A DNA stretch of 64,000 nucleotides from Lama glama (Eukaryota): the NCBI GenBank assembly GCA_028534125.1, contig CM052817.1, forward strand, positions 55,678,001 to 55,742,000. The letters are read 5' to 3'. This document shows, in pieces, positions 12,901-25,321 of this stretch. The notes under the pieces are model-generated. The model was not told the DNA's origin. It ran no database searches and worked only from the letters and a program-made list of their open reading frames with translations. Both the position numbers and the translations under genes were made by a program. Numbering within the stretch: the stretch's first letter is position 1; each line of letters begins with the position of its first letter.

Positions 12901-14487
12901 TCTTAACGAATACATACTTTTAGCTCAGATAACCTGAATCAAGTCAGTGTCCTACATCTGAGTCCTCATGTGTATATATCTGTTAATATCTTATCTGAAT
13001 TTAATGTCCTTTATCATTATTAGTCATTCATTATTCATTATTTAATTACCAATATAACATTTAGTATTGTGGAAAATGACTGGGCTATGGTGGAAAATAA
13101 TTTAGAATATGAAAAACTTTGAGTAATGTATTAAGCGATTTGCATATTATGCGAGAGAGGGCTACGTAGACAAAATGATTGTCATTAACCTATTTAAAAG
13201 ATTTTACTCTCCTGTTATGGGTTGATCATCTTGTCATTTGCTATTTATTTATTGGCATAGTTACTGTGTCAGTCATCAATTTATATTTACTTCTTCTTGG
13301 CTCCAAATGTATCACATCTTCTTCAGCAAGGTCAGAGCCCCTAAGCTTAAACTTACTTGGGTCCTCTCCCTTAGTCTTAAGTGTGCTGTGTAGAGTTTCC
13401 TATATCTTACAATGGTTCTTTTATTACAGTTAATTCTTATTTTAAACTTTTACCATTTTTATCTCCTGGGTGATTTCTGTCTCTTGATTAGAATAAGGCT
13501 GCTACAGTTGCAATTGCTAGTGATACAGGAATATATTTTAGGAGTCATGCTATGTCACCCAGCACATGATCTTTCAGTATAACAGATTTGTTGATACACA
13601 CATAACCCCAACTTTTACTGCATTACAGTTAAATAACCTTTATTTTTATGTGCAGTTGTTTCTCTTACATTTGAAAATGTTGCTTTGTGACTCACAATTC
13701 AAGGGTCTGAGATCAGAGGTTAAAAGATAAAACATCAGAATAATGAAAGCATCTCATAACAATTCATGATTTTCTAATGGTGAGAAAATTTGGTTAAATA
13801 TCTTACCCAGAACCTGCTAGGAGTTGTGTAATTACTTTTACTTCAGTATTGCTATACACTAATGAAGGAGGAAGTGAGGTTCATGTATTTTTATTCTCAG
13901 CATATTATGTCCGATAGTAAAAAGTACAGGAAAGGATATTTTGAAATTCAGAAAGGCAGTCTTTCCTAAAGGCAACTGGCTTTTTCACTTAAAAAATAAA
14001 TAAATAAAACAGTGTTTTAATGAGGGAGGTGTAACAGCAGAGAACTCACTGTGCGTTTCCTTCAGGGAATGTTTTCTATCTAATTAGTGTGTGGGATTCT
14101 ACATTGGGAGGCAGGAGACTTAGTCCATCACCTCTTCTCAGTGGTGCTAGTGACTTGCTCTGTCATTCACATACTCTTTTGAGTTTCTTGGAGCTATAAT
14201 TTTAGATAATGAATATTACTGGTTTAGGATATTCATAGGCTATTTCCCTTAAGTCTCTGAAACACGGGGAAACTATATCAGATGATAGAATACTTCATAC
14301 CCAACCTACCAGAGATTTAGCCATGATGATGTGGAGGATGCTTTCGGCTTCAGTTGTGACTTGCCATATACCAACTCCTTTTGATATTGATGATAGATAT
14401 TTTAAAGCATTTGAATATACAATTAGCACCATTATGATTGTAAAACTCAAATAAGATAAAATATTTTGTCCTCATACATTACTAGTT

Positions 14488-15163
14488 TGAATGTAAAATG
14501 AAGCAATTGCTCTGGATAACAGTTTATCAGTTTCTCAAAATGTAAAACACTGAGTTACAATATAGTCCAGCAATGCCATCCTTACATGTATAAACAAAGA
14601 AATTGAAACTATATGTCAAAAACTTGCACACAAGTGTTCATAGCACCACAATATTCATAATAGCCAAAAGCTGGAAACAGCCAAAGTGTCCATCAGCTCA
14701 TAATGGAGAAACAAATTGTGATCTATCCAAACCATGGGTATTACTCATACTATTTAGCAATAGAAAGGTATGAAGTACTGGTGCCTGCTGCAACATGGAT
14801 AAACCTTGAAAACACCATACTAAATTAAAGAAGCTAATCAGAAAATGATTGCATAATTATTATTTTTAAAGTATTTAATTTTATTAAATAGACATTTTAA
14901 ATATATGATCATTATTTAGGTATAATATAGATTTGAGGCATTTTATAGGAACAGAAAGTAGATTAATTGTAGGCTAAGCCTGAAGGAGAGGCAGATAGGA
15001 AGGGGCTGCTAATGAGCATGCAGTTTGTTTTAGGGATGTTGAAAATATCCTGAAATTATATTGTTGTGCAGCATAAATGACTATGTGAATATATTAAAAT
15101 GTACTCACCTGTAAACTTTAAATGAGTGAATTATATGGTATGTAAATAAATAGATTAATAAAA
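14488..15163 (+). mobile_element. L1MB-like 3' fragment
   Basis: aatgtaaaatg..cagtttctcaaaatgtaaaacact..ccagcaat..atagccaaaagctggaaacagcc..atggataaaccttgaaaac..gtgaattatatggtatgtaa. Confidence 0.85.
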
Positions 15164-15734
15164 ATTACATATATATCTTATATATACAGCATATATGTAA
15201 TATTCTTCTAATGAAATAAATGACACTAAAATATCCATATTATTTCCCATTTTGGTGGAATATACTGGCTTACTATGACAAATATTTTATTCAACTATTA
15301 TTATCTAAAGTAAATCTAACCTTATACATCTATTCCTAATTTTCTATGCAAATGAATTGCTCTGTAATTTCTAAGTAAAGGAACTTAACTCCTCTTGAAT
15401 AAGTAAATACCTAATATTGGAAAACATAATAATTTACAGTTTGCCAAGCCCATTTCATTATACATAATGGGATAATAATGAATGTTTGAAAGCTATGCAT
15501 TCATTGAAATAAACTGCATATGTAAGAATGATCATAATTTTACACAGTAAATCAAAAGTCACAGCAACATATAATTTCCACTTACATCTATTTTTTTAAA
15601 TCAATAAATGTGTTTCCAAAAATTTAAAATATTTTCTTAGTTATATTCCATTAATAGATACTCCACCCAAATGTTCAATATTTTAATATAAGCCTCAGTC
15701 TGTCATATTTCAGTATCGAGTAGTTTTAGAAATG

Positions 15735-15890
15735 TGCAATGCTTCTCGGCTATGTGAATTTAAGAAAGTAATTCAATTGCATTTTAACATAATCCTTTCA
15801 TGTTATAAAAGCAGATAAGGAGAACCTACCTTATTGATTTGTGTGAGGACAAAATGCGTTAAAATATGAAAAGCAGCTCATAATGTTACT
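15735..15890 (+). mobile_element. MIR SINE fragment
   Basis: ctatgtgaatttaagaaagtaa..acctaccttattgatttgtgtgaggacaaaatg. Confidence 0.55.
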
Positions 15891-16018
15891 TGTTAGAACT
15901 TTTACTTATACACAGCTTCTTTGATCCCTTTTGTTACTTTTACTGCCACATTCAATACACCTAACAAACATCTCAGCACATTACCCATTACAGATGCTTC
16001 CAGAGTACAGTACTAATT

Positions 16019-18699
16019 TCTTTTTTTTAAACATTTTTTATTGAGTAATAGTCATTTTACAATGTTGTGTCAAATTCCAGTGTAGAAAACAATTTTTCAG
16101 TTATACATGAACATACATATATTCATTGTCACAATTTTTTTTGCTGTGAGCTACCACAACATCTTGTATATATTTCCCTGTGCTATACAGTATAATCTTG
16201 TTTATCTATTCTACATTTTGAAATCCCAGTCTATCCCTTCTCACCCCCTGCCCCCTTGGCAACCACAAGTTTGTATTCTATGTCTATGAGTCTGTTTCTG
16301 TTTTGTATTTATGCTTTGTTTGTTTGCTTGTTTTGAGATTCCACATATGAGTGATCTCATATGGTATTTTTCTTTCTCTTTCTGGCTTACTTCACTTAGA
16401 ATGACATTCTCCAGGAACATCCATGTTGCTGCAAATGGCATTATGTTGTCGGTTTTTATGGCTGAATAGTATGCCATAGTATAAATATAACACATCTTCT
16501 TTATCCAGTCATCTGTTGTTGGACATTTAGGCTGTTTCCATGTCTTGGCTATTGTACATAGTGCTGCTATGAACATTGCAGGTGTCATCTTGAAGTAGGG
16601 TTTCTTCTGGATATATGCCCAGGAGCGGAATTCCTGGGTCCTGTGATAAGTCTATTCCTAGTCTTTTGAGGAATCTCCACACTGTTTTCCACAGTGGCTG
16701 CACCAAACTGCATTCCCACCAGCAGTGTAGGAGGGTTCCCTTTTCTCCACAGCCTCTCCAGCATTTGTCATTTATGGATTTTTGAATGATGGCCATTCTG
16801 ACTGGTGTGAGGTGATACCTCATTGTAGTTTTGATTTGCATTTCTCTGATAATTAGTGATATTGAGCATTTTTTCATGTGCCTGTTGATCATTTGTATGT
16901 CTTCCTTGGAGAATTGCTTGTTTAAGTCTTTTGCCCATTTTTGGATTTGGTTGGTTGGTTGTTTCTTATTAAGTCATATAAGCTGCTTATATATTCTGGA
17001 GATCAATCCTTTGTCAGTTTCATTTGCAAAAATTTTCTCCCATTCTGTAGGGTGTCTTCTTGTTTTACTTCTGGTTTCCTTTGCTCTGCAGAAGCTTGTA
17101 AGTTTCATTAGGTCCCATTTGTTTATTCTTGCTTTTATTTCTATTGCTTGGGTAGACTGTTCTAGGAGAACATTTTTGAGATGTATGTCAGATAATGTTT
17201 TGCCTATATTTTCTTCTAGGAGGTTTATTGTATCTTGTCTTATGTTTAAGTCTTTAATCCATTTTGAGTTGATTTTTGTGTATGGTGTAAGGGAGTGTTC
17301 TAGCTTCACTGATTGACATGCTGCTGTCCAGTTTTCCCAACACCAGTTGCTGAAGAGACTGTCTTTACTCCATTGTTTATTCTTGTCTCCTTTGTTGAAG
17401 ATTAGTTGACCNNNNNNNNNNNNNNNNNNNNNNNNNNNNNNNNNNNNNNNNNNNNNNNNNNNNNNNNNNNNNNNNNNNNNNNNNNNNNNNNNNNNNNNNN
17501 NNNNNNNNNNNGGGTTTTCTATATATAGTAACATGTCATTGGCATATAGTGACACTTTTATCTCTTCTTTTCCAATTTGGATCCCTTTTATTTCTCTTTC
17601 TTGCCTGATTGCTGTGGCTAGGACTTCCAAGACTATGTTGAATAGGAGTGGTGATAGTGGGCATCCTTGTCTTGTCCCAGATTTTAGTGGGAAGCTTTTG
17701 AGTTTTTGACCCTTGAGTACTATGCTGGCTGTAGGTTTGTCATGTATAGCTTTTATGATGTTGAGATATGTTCCCTCTATACCCACTTTGGCAAGAGTTT
17801 TTATCATAAATGGGTGTTGAATTTTATCAAATGCTTTTTCTGCATCGATTGAGATGATCATGTGGTTTTTGTCTTTTCTATTGTTGATGTGATGTATTGC
17901 ATTGATTGATTTGTGTATGTTGAACCACCCTTGTGTACCTGGGATGAACCCCACTTGATCATGATGTATAATCTTTTTTATGTGATGTTGGATTCTATTT
18001 GCTAATATTTTGCTGAGGATTTTGGCATCTATGTTCATCAGTGACATTGCCCTGTAATTCTCTTTTTAGGTAGTATCTTTGCCTGGTTTTGGTATCAGGG
18101 TGATGGTGGCTTCATAGAATGAGTTTGGGAGTATTCCCTCCTTTTCAGTCTTCTGGAAGAGTTTGAGAAGGACTGGTATGAGTTCTTCTTTGTATGTTTG
18201 GTAGAAGTCCCCGGTGAAGCCATCTGGTCCTGGACTTTTATTTGTAGGAGGTTTATTTTATTGCTGTTTTGATTTCATATCTAGTGATTGGTTTGTTCAA
18301 ATGGTCAGTTTCTTCTTGGTTCAGTCTTGGTGGACTGTATGTTTTCAGAAACTTGTCCATTTCCTTTAGGTTATCCATTTTGGTTCCATATAGTCTTTCA
18401 TAATATTTTCATATGATATTCTGTATTTATATGTTATTTGTTGTAATTTCTCCATTTTCCTTTCTTATTTTGTGTATTTGTGCTCTTTCTTTTTTTTTTC
18501 TTTGTGAGTTTGGCCAGAGGTTTGTCGATTTTATTTACTTTTTCAAAAACCAGCTTTTGGTTTGATTGATTTTTTTCTATTGTTTTTTTAATCTCTATTT
18601 TATTTATTTCCTCCCTGATCTTTATAATTTCTTTCCTTCTGCTGCCTTTTGGAGTTTTTTGCTCTTCTTTTTCTAATTGTTTTAGCTGGTGGGTTGGAT
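16019..18699 (-). mobile_element. Young, probably camelid-specific L1, 5'-truncated, with disrupted ORF2 (RT + C-terminal domain)
   Basis: Poly-T at 16019-16028. ORFs 16974-18047, 16527-16892 and 16241-16588 translate to L1 ORF2 ([51 protein letters not shown]). Frameshifted and spans an N gap. Confidence 0.97.
17412..17511. other. Assembly gap (100 N)
   Basis: Run of exactly 100 N. Confidence 0.99.
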
Positions 18700-18925
18700 G
18701 TCCTTTACCTTATTCCCCTTTATATTTTTGAAGTATTTATTAAACAAATATAATAATAACAATGTCAAATAAATCTATTATCTGACACACTTCGATTTCT
18801 CCCTTCTGCTCTAACACCCCTTCCAGGTTTCTCTGTATCTAATTACCTTTAATAGCCTTTTAAGTTACAAGTTCAATAACTAAAACTATCGAAAAACTAA
18901 AAATTTTGCTAAACCAATCTATCAT

Positions 18926-19603
18926 AAATTGGTGCCGCCAGGATGGAAAACAGAACGGATGTTCCTCAAAAAACTAAAAATAGAACTATCATAGGATCCA
19001 GCAATTCCACTCCTAGGTATATATACAAAGAAAATGAAGACATTAATTCAAAAAGATACATATTTCCCTCTGTTCACTGCAGCATTATTTACAATAGTCA
19101 AGATTTGGAAGCAACCTAAGTGTCTATCAAGAGATGAGTGGATAAAGAAGACATGGTATTCACACACACAGCTGCGCATGCACACACATACTGGAATATT
19201 ACTCAGCCATAAAAAGAGTAAAATTCTGCCATTTGTAAAAACATAGTTGGACCTACATTATATTACACTTAGTTAATTAAGTCAGGGAAAGGCAAATGCT
19301 CTATGTTATAACTTACATGTGAAATTTAAAAAATAAAACAAAGGAATGACTATAACAAAACAGAAACAGACTCACAGAGAAGAAACTAGTGGTTACCAAT
19401 GGGAAGAGGAAGGGGAAGGGACACAATAGGGGTAGGAGACTAAGAGGTACAAACTACTGTGTATAAAATAAGTAAGCCAGAGGATATATTGTACAACATA
19501 GGGAATATGGTATTTTATAGTAACTTTAAATGGAGTGTAATATATAAAAATCTATGTAAAAACTAATATAATATTGTAAATCATCTATACTTCAATTAGA
19601 AAT
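18926..19603 (+). mobile_element. 5'-truncated L1 with TSD
   Basis: ORF 19034-19246 resembles the L1 ORF2 C-terminus (FTAALFTIVKIWKQPKC). 3' UTR ends tatacttcaatt. TSD atctatcat at 18917-18925 and 19604-19612. Confidence 0.92.
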
Positions 19604-21365
19604 ATCTATCATTGAACTTGACTTAAGGGGAAGTGCACATTGGAGAGCCATTTTGTTCTACTTTTTTAAATAAGCTTAGAATAATGATCAAACAAAGCAA
19701 TTGAAAAAATTACAAAATATTTGTAACTATTTTTTCAGCTAATTTACTCAGTTGCTATGTTTAACATATACTTGCAGAATTGGCAATAATACTCGGTTGC
19801 TTTTTCAATATGTGTTATGTATGTTGTATTCATTAGTTTAAATGGTTATTGGGTTTTTTAAATTGGTTTATTATAAAGGGTGATAATATTTGAACAAGTC
19901 TGACCTGGAGCCTGTCCTTATGGAACTTACTAACTAATAGGGAGCATTTGCATTCAACACTAGTTATACTTATTTCATACTGAGTTTACACTAAGGATTA
20001 GGTTGTCAGTTCAGACTCATACTACTTAGAGTTCTCAGATGGTATCAAAAATGTATTCATAATTTCAAGGATTCAGGCAATTAAGTAGAACAGACAAAAG
20101 AGGATGAGGTCTGGACATTGAGGACAGCTTTACATGTACTTTTTTCCTGCCTTAGACATAAACCCTTCCCCAAATGAAAGAGGTCTCTGTGTGAGGCATA
20201 AGGGGCAGTACCCAAGATATCAGGGAACACTTAGCTTATGAAAACTGTCTATTTATACTTGAACTTACATGACCTGACCCAGAGAGCCATGCCCTTATAT
20301 CCTTAGATTTTGGGTTTAATTTTCCACAAGGAGTTCTTGGCAAGGACCATCCTGTTATGAATATTCAATTAGTAAGTACCAAGTACCCTCTTTCTCACCA
20401 AAAATAGTCTATTTAGTCAGAAGTCCAGTTACCACACAGACAAGGAAATTAAATCGTATATCTTGCCTTCTTTCTGTTTGCCGGGAATATTCCCCTGATG
20501 CAGGGAATGAATGAATCACAGGCCCTATATTTCAGCTCTGTTTTCCTCTTTTATATTTCCAGATTATATTAAAAATTATTAAAAAGAACATTCCACAAGA
20601 TTACTTATCTGAGAAAGGGATTATGTGTATGGGTGCTACAGTAACTGTACAGTAAAATGCATGTATAAGTTCCTTTTAAACTGTGCTGCAGGTCATTTAT
20701 TTATTTTTCAGTATATCCTTTCCTCTATTTCACTAAACCTATGACCATGCAGGGAATAGTCTATCACTTTGGTCAAATGTATTCTAAGTAGTATTTGTTA
20801 AAAAAAAAAAAGACTTAAAAGAGAAAGGACTCTTCAAAAATTTTGCTGAGCTGAAATGTTGCTAAATGAGGTATCAAGAGCACAATCCTTTTTTTACACT
20901 GTTTTATTTTTGCTGTGTATTGTTTTATTGCACAATATTTTATTGTAATTGCACTCATTTCTGAGATCACACTTACTTTTATGACTTCCATGTGATTGGA
21001 ATACATTACATAAGTAAAACTTGACTTATTATTTTAAATAGATATACACGTAAGTATTTCTAAATGTTACTCTGCCTGAAGTCTGTATTTTATATAATTT
21101 ACAGGAATGGATCCCTAAAGACAAATCTCATGAACTTTCATCTACACAAATCTTCTTTTTCAACTGACAAGTTAATAGGACATCACATCTTTGCAGACTG
21201 CACAATTCTAAAATGTTGGAACAAGGAGTAGCTAAAGATGAACAAAACAGAAAGCACAAGCACATTTACAAGTAAGTTCTCAAGTGGAGTATAAATGTGA
21301 AAATAGCTAGATCATGGATTCCTAAAGTTACTAAAAGCGTGATTGTGGTTTCTCATATTTTATTC

Positions 21366-21484
21366 ATGATGGATGATGGATAGATAGATAGATAGACAGA
21401 TAGAAGATAGATGGATGATAGGTGATATATAGATGCTATATTGATAGACAAGCAGACAGATTAGATGACGGATGGATTGATAAG
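21366..21484. repeat. Degenerate (GATA)n/(GATG)n tetranucleotide repeat
   Basis: gatggatgatggatagatagatagatagacagatag. Confidence 0.85.
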
Positions 21485-21649
21485 ACAAGATGCAGTTCTA
21501 TGTTTCTAATTTTTATTTCCTTTACTAACATTTGACTTCAGGGAATTATGCGTGAAAAACTATACAATATCATACACTTTAAGAGATTTTTAGAAAGGTC
21601 TATATAAGCAAGTACATGTTTATTAAAAATAGGTATTTTGTTTTCCAAT

Positions 21650-22105
21650 TTAAAAATTTGAGATATATTTCACACACCATAAAAGTCACCATTTCAAAGT
21701 GTAAATGTCAGTGGTTTTTAGTATTTACAAGGTTATGCAAACATCACCACTAATTTCAGAACATTCTCATTGTCCCCAAAAGAAACTGGTACCTATTAGC
21801 AGTCCCTTTCCTTCTCCCTCTCCCCTGATCTCCTGACAACGCTAATCTCCTTTTTGTCTGTCCAGAATCACCCATTCTGGACACTCCATGTAAATGGAAT
21901 CACTCAATATGTAACCTGTGTGTCTGGCCTCTTATACTAAACATGTTTTCAAGCCTTTGCACAGTATAGTGCACAAAATTATTTCATTCCTTTTTATCAG
22001 TTGAAAAATATTTCATTGTATAGATATACCACATTTGTTTGTCCTTTCATCAATTGATGAATATTTGGGTTGTTTCCATGGTTTGGCAATTGTGAGTAAT
22101 ACTGC
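21650..22105 (-). mobile_element. L1MB-like 3' end
   Basis: ttgagatatatttcacacaccataaaagtcacc..gtggtttttagtatt..acatcaccactaatttcagaacatt..aaatggaatc. Confidence 0.88.
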
Positions 22106-23059
22106 AGGTACTTACTTGAGTTGTTTAATATACTCATCTGATATTCTGTAATTAAAAGGGAAACTGAATGTTTGATTTATGTGTTTATTTATAGATAGTT
22201 GTTGTTTATTGGATAGCAAATGTTTATTTTTATATTGGAGAATCCAATCCTAGAGAGGAAATCATAAAGTTTTGTGCTGACTTCATCTTGAAATTATCTG
22301 AAAATCATTGGATATTATAGGAAAACTCAGTTATTGGTATGGCTGCAAAAATTCATTTATCAGGATATTATAATAAATTATGAATATAATAAATTCTCCC
22401 TTTCTTTTTTATAATCCTGCCTCAAAGTAAGAAAGCAATGTACATTTATAGAAACAGAACCCTCTGACTTGTACATTATTTTCCTGTATTAATTTTTAAA
22501 GAGAGAATAAACTAGGCACTTAATAATATCAAAGAAACCTTGGGTAAATGGCAAGAAATAAATGATGATTATAACAGCAAACCTAATGAAATAGAAAATG
22601 GAAAGACAATAATTCTCAAATTCTCAAATAAATTCTCAATTTGTTATCTTAAGATCAATAAAATATATTGTATAAATCATGCACGTGCGCACACACACAT
22701 ACACATGAATGCACATACAATGTAATTTCCTTCTCTTTCCTGTATCTTTTCTTTCCTTTACCATAAGGTACCTCTGGATATTTGCCATCTCATACCAGTA
22801 TTTTCACATCTTAAAATAACTCCCATTTGAGCCTCTACTTAAATCAGCCCCCCACCCTCAAAGCAGCTTTTACTTCTCCTCCCAAACTTTCCAAGTCTAT
22901 CTCCTTTAAGCATTAACAATATTTGTTCCTGGATTTTACAAGTGTTTCTCCCCTACCCCAAATTAGTTAAGTATTAACCCAAACAATTTTCTTTATTATC
23001 AAGGCAGTAAACACACTTTAAATTAATTGCTTGCTTTTTCTAGCATCCATCTTCCTATG

Positions 23060-23160
23060 GGAGAGCCGTTTTCTATCCTGCTACCATTGTTTCCCCAACG
23101 TCTAGAATGCTTCCTGAAACATGAAAAAAGTACTCAATAAGTAGATGATAAAAGAAATAA
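23060..23160 (+). mobile_element. L2 3' end
   Basis: ccattgtttccccaacgtctagaatgcttcctgaaacat..gtactcaataa. Confidence 0.6.
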
Positions 23161-23974
23161 AATTGATTTGGAGATGAAACAATTACTGAGGTGTAAGGAC
23201 TTTTCGTTTATCAGACCCAAACATCAGAATAATGCTTAATTTTTTAATGACTTCATATTTGAATGCTTGACTTTTCTAAATGCAGTCCATTTGTGGGTCA
23301 CCTCTGTCTTTTATGCAATATTTGTTTTGCACTTTAGTTGTTACTGCATAGACCATGCATTTTTAATATGGGTGACAGCTCTTCCAAGTAGATGAAAATT
23401 GAACCTGGGGGCCAAAAACTTCTTAGATAATTCAATGGTTCATAACACTCTAATATTCAACCCTACCTGACAAAATCTTATTCTTTAATATTTAATTTAT
23501 GTTGTGATATTTAAATTAAATTTCTTTTTTCTCTTTAACAGGATAACAATGTAGAGAGAAAAAAAAAGTGCTGAAAACACTTTCTGGACAATACTATGCT
23601 TTTTAAGTTTTTTAGAAGACTACCTGCAGAAGACCAGGTAAGATACAGCTTTAAAAACAATTCACAGCAGTAGAAGAGCATCATATGAACATACCACAAG
23701 CCAATTAGAATTAAAGCTAGAAATTATTTTGCCAAAATCCCACTGGCCTATTCGCAAGAGATTTCTTATAGCCAACTTACTTCTTCACTTCTTCCTTGAA
23801 TTAATATTCCTTACTTAGCCCATGTTTTCTTTCTACTCCATATATTTTTTTTAAAAATTATGCAGCTATTTTAATGATGTCTTTCTGTCACTATTTCCAA
23901 AGATGTTCTGGGAGACTTTGTCTGCCACAGTAACAGTACTTGGGAAAAATGAGGGGTGGTGAGAAACAAATTGT

Positions 23975-24035
23975 GAAGAGGAGGAAACGGAAGGAAGAAA
24001 GAAAGGAAGGGAGGAAAGAACAAAAGAAGGAAGGC
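23975..24035. repeat. (GGAA)n-like purine tract
   Basis: ggaaggaagaaagaaaggaagggaggaaag. Confidence 0.8.
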
Positions 24036-25321
24036 GATTAAGATCCAGAATAACTTTGAAATATCAATATACTATCAGGCTAGCTTCTAGCAGAATGCAA
24101 TTCAGAGTCTTGCAAAAAGAAGACATTTTCCTGAACAAATAAATGCATAAATATCATAAAGTTTTAATTTCACTCTAATCCATTAGCCTCTCTTAGCCTT
24201 GTGCAAAGCTCTCCACATGATTCCAACCATGCCACAAGGTGAGAGGCTGGTCTTTTCTGATCCTTGAAGTTTTTTGAACTCCTGGAAGAGACAGGCTTAT
24301 CCAGAGCAAACTCACCACTGAGAAACTGTTATTTAGATAGTCACCACTGAAGAGGGCAAAACACCCAAATCAGGGAACACAGAGATGAACTCACAATAAC
24401 TGGCCAGACCAACAGGAATAGGCTGAAAGATTTTCCAATTAGATCATCCACAATAAACCTTATTTTTGTCATTGCCAGCAGAATGAAAATTACTGAATAA
24501 TGTCTATATTTCTTATGTTTTAATTGGGTTTTCAGTAACTCTGGCTCATTAAAGTGAATTAAGGCAGATAATGGTGTTAAAATCACAAATGTATTGCACC
24601 ATAACAAACATTTAGACTTTCTAGTTACTAAAGGCAAATTCTATGAAGCATGTTTATAGAAAATATAAGAGAGAATTATTTCTCAGTACAATTCTCTTTT
24701 CTTTTAAGATTATTTCATACATGTACCAAGAGTGAGGAACTCAGTTTTTAATTATAACGGATATTATTTAATTTTAAGAAACTCAGTTGTGTTAGATGTG
24801 CTACCCAGAAAACAGTAGACATATTTTCAAAATTATGAAGGCAAAAGTGGGGAAATATTAATTTATAGAGTTAGCAGCATCAACACTGCCTGTTTTCCAA
24901 GGTCTGAGTTTCTCTCATACTTCATAACATATTGAATTGCCTTCATTTATTCTCTTCATATTCCTCTGATGACACCCTTGTAAACAAACCAGCACATGCC
25001 CAAATCAAATGTGGGATAGGAGTCTTTACTGTGATGATCAGAGCTGTGGTTCAGTCAGCCTATATCATTTTGACCATACTGGTTATTTATACTTGCCCAT
25101 CCATTCTGAGTCACGGGGGCTGTGTCATTGCTTGCTGTTATTTGCTTATTTGTTTAGTATTGTGTATACCTCCCATCCTCTGCAGTGCTGATATTATAAA
25201 GTTACAAAGTGTGAAATATTGGAGGTTTTTGAAAGTTCATTTGGTACCATCATTTCTTATTACAAAGTCATATGGATTAAACACAATCAAATATTATTTC
25301 TTCCACCACATTTTATATTCA

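Noticed and set aside
16831..17316. 161-aa hydrophobic ORF on +
   Set aside because: Antisense reading of L1 ORF2, a common artefact
16974..18047. 357-aa ORF as a functional reverse transcriptase gene
   Set aside because: L1 ORF2 fragment that is 5'-truncated, frameshifted, has YAND at the active site and is joined artificially across an N gap
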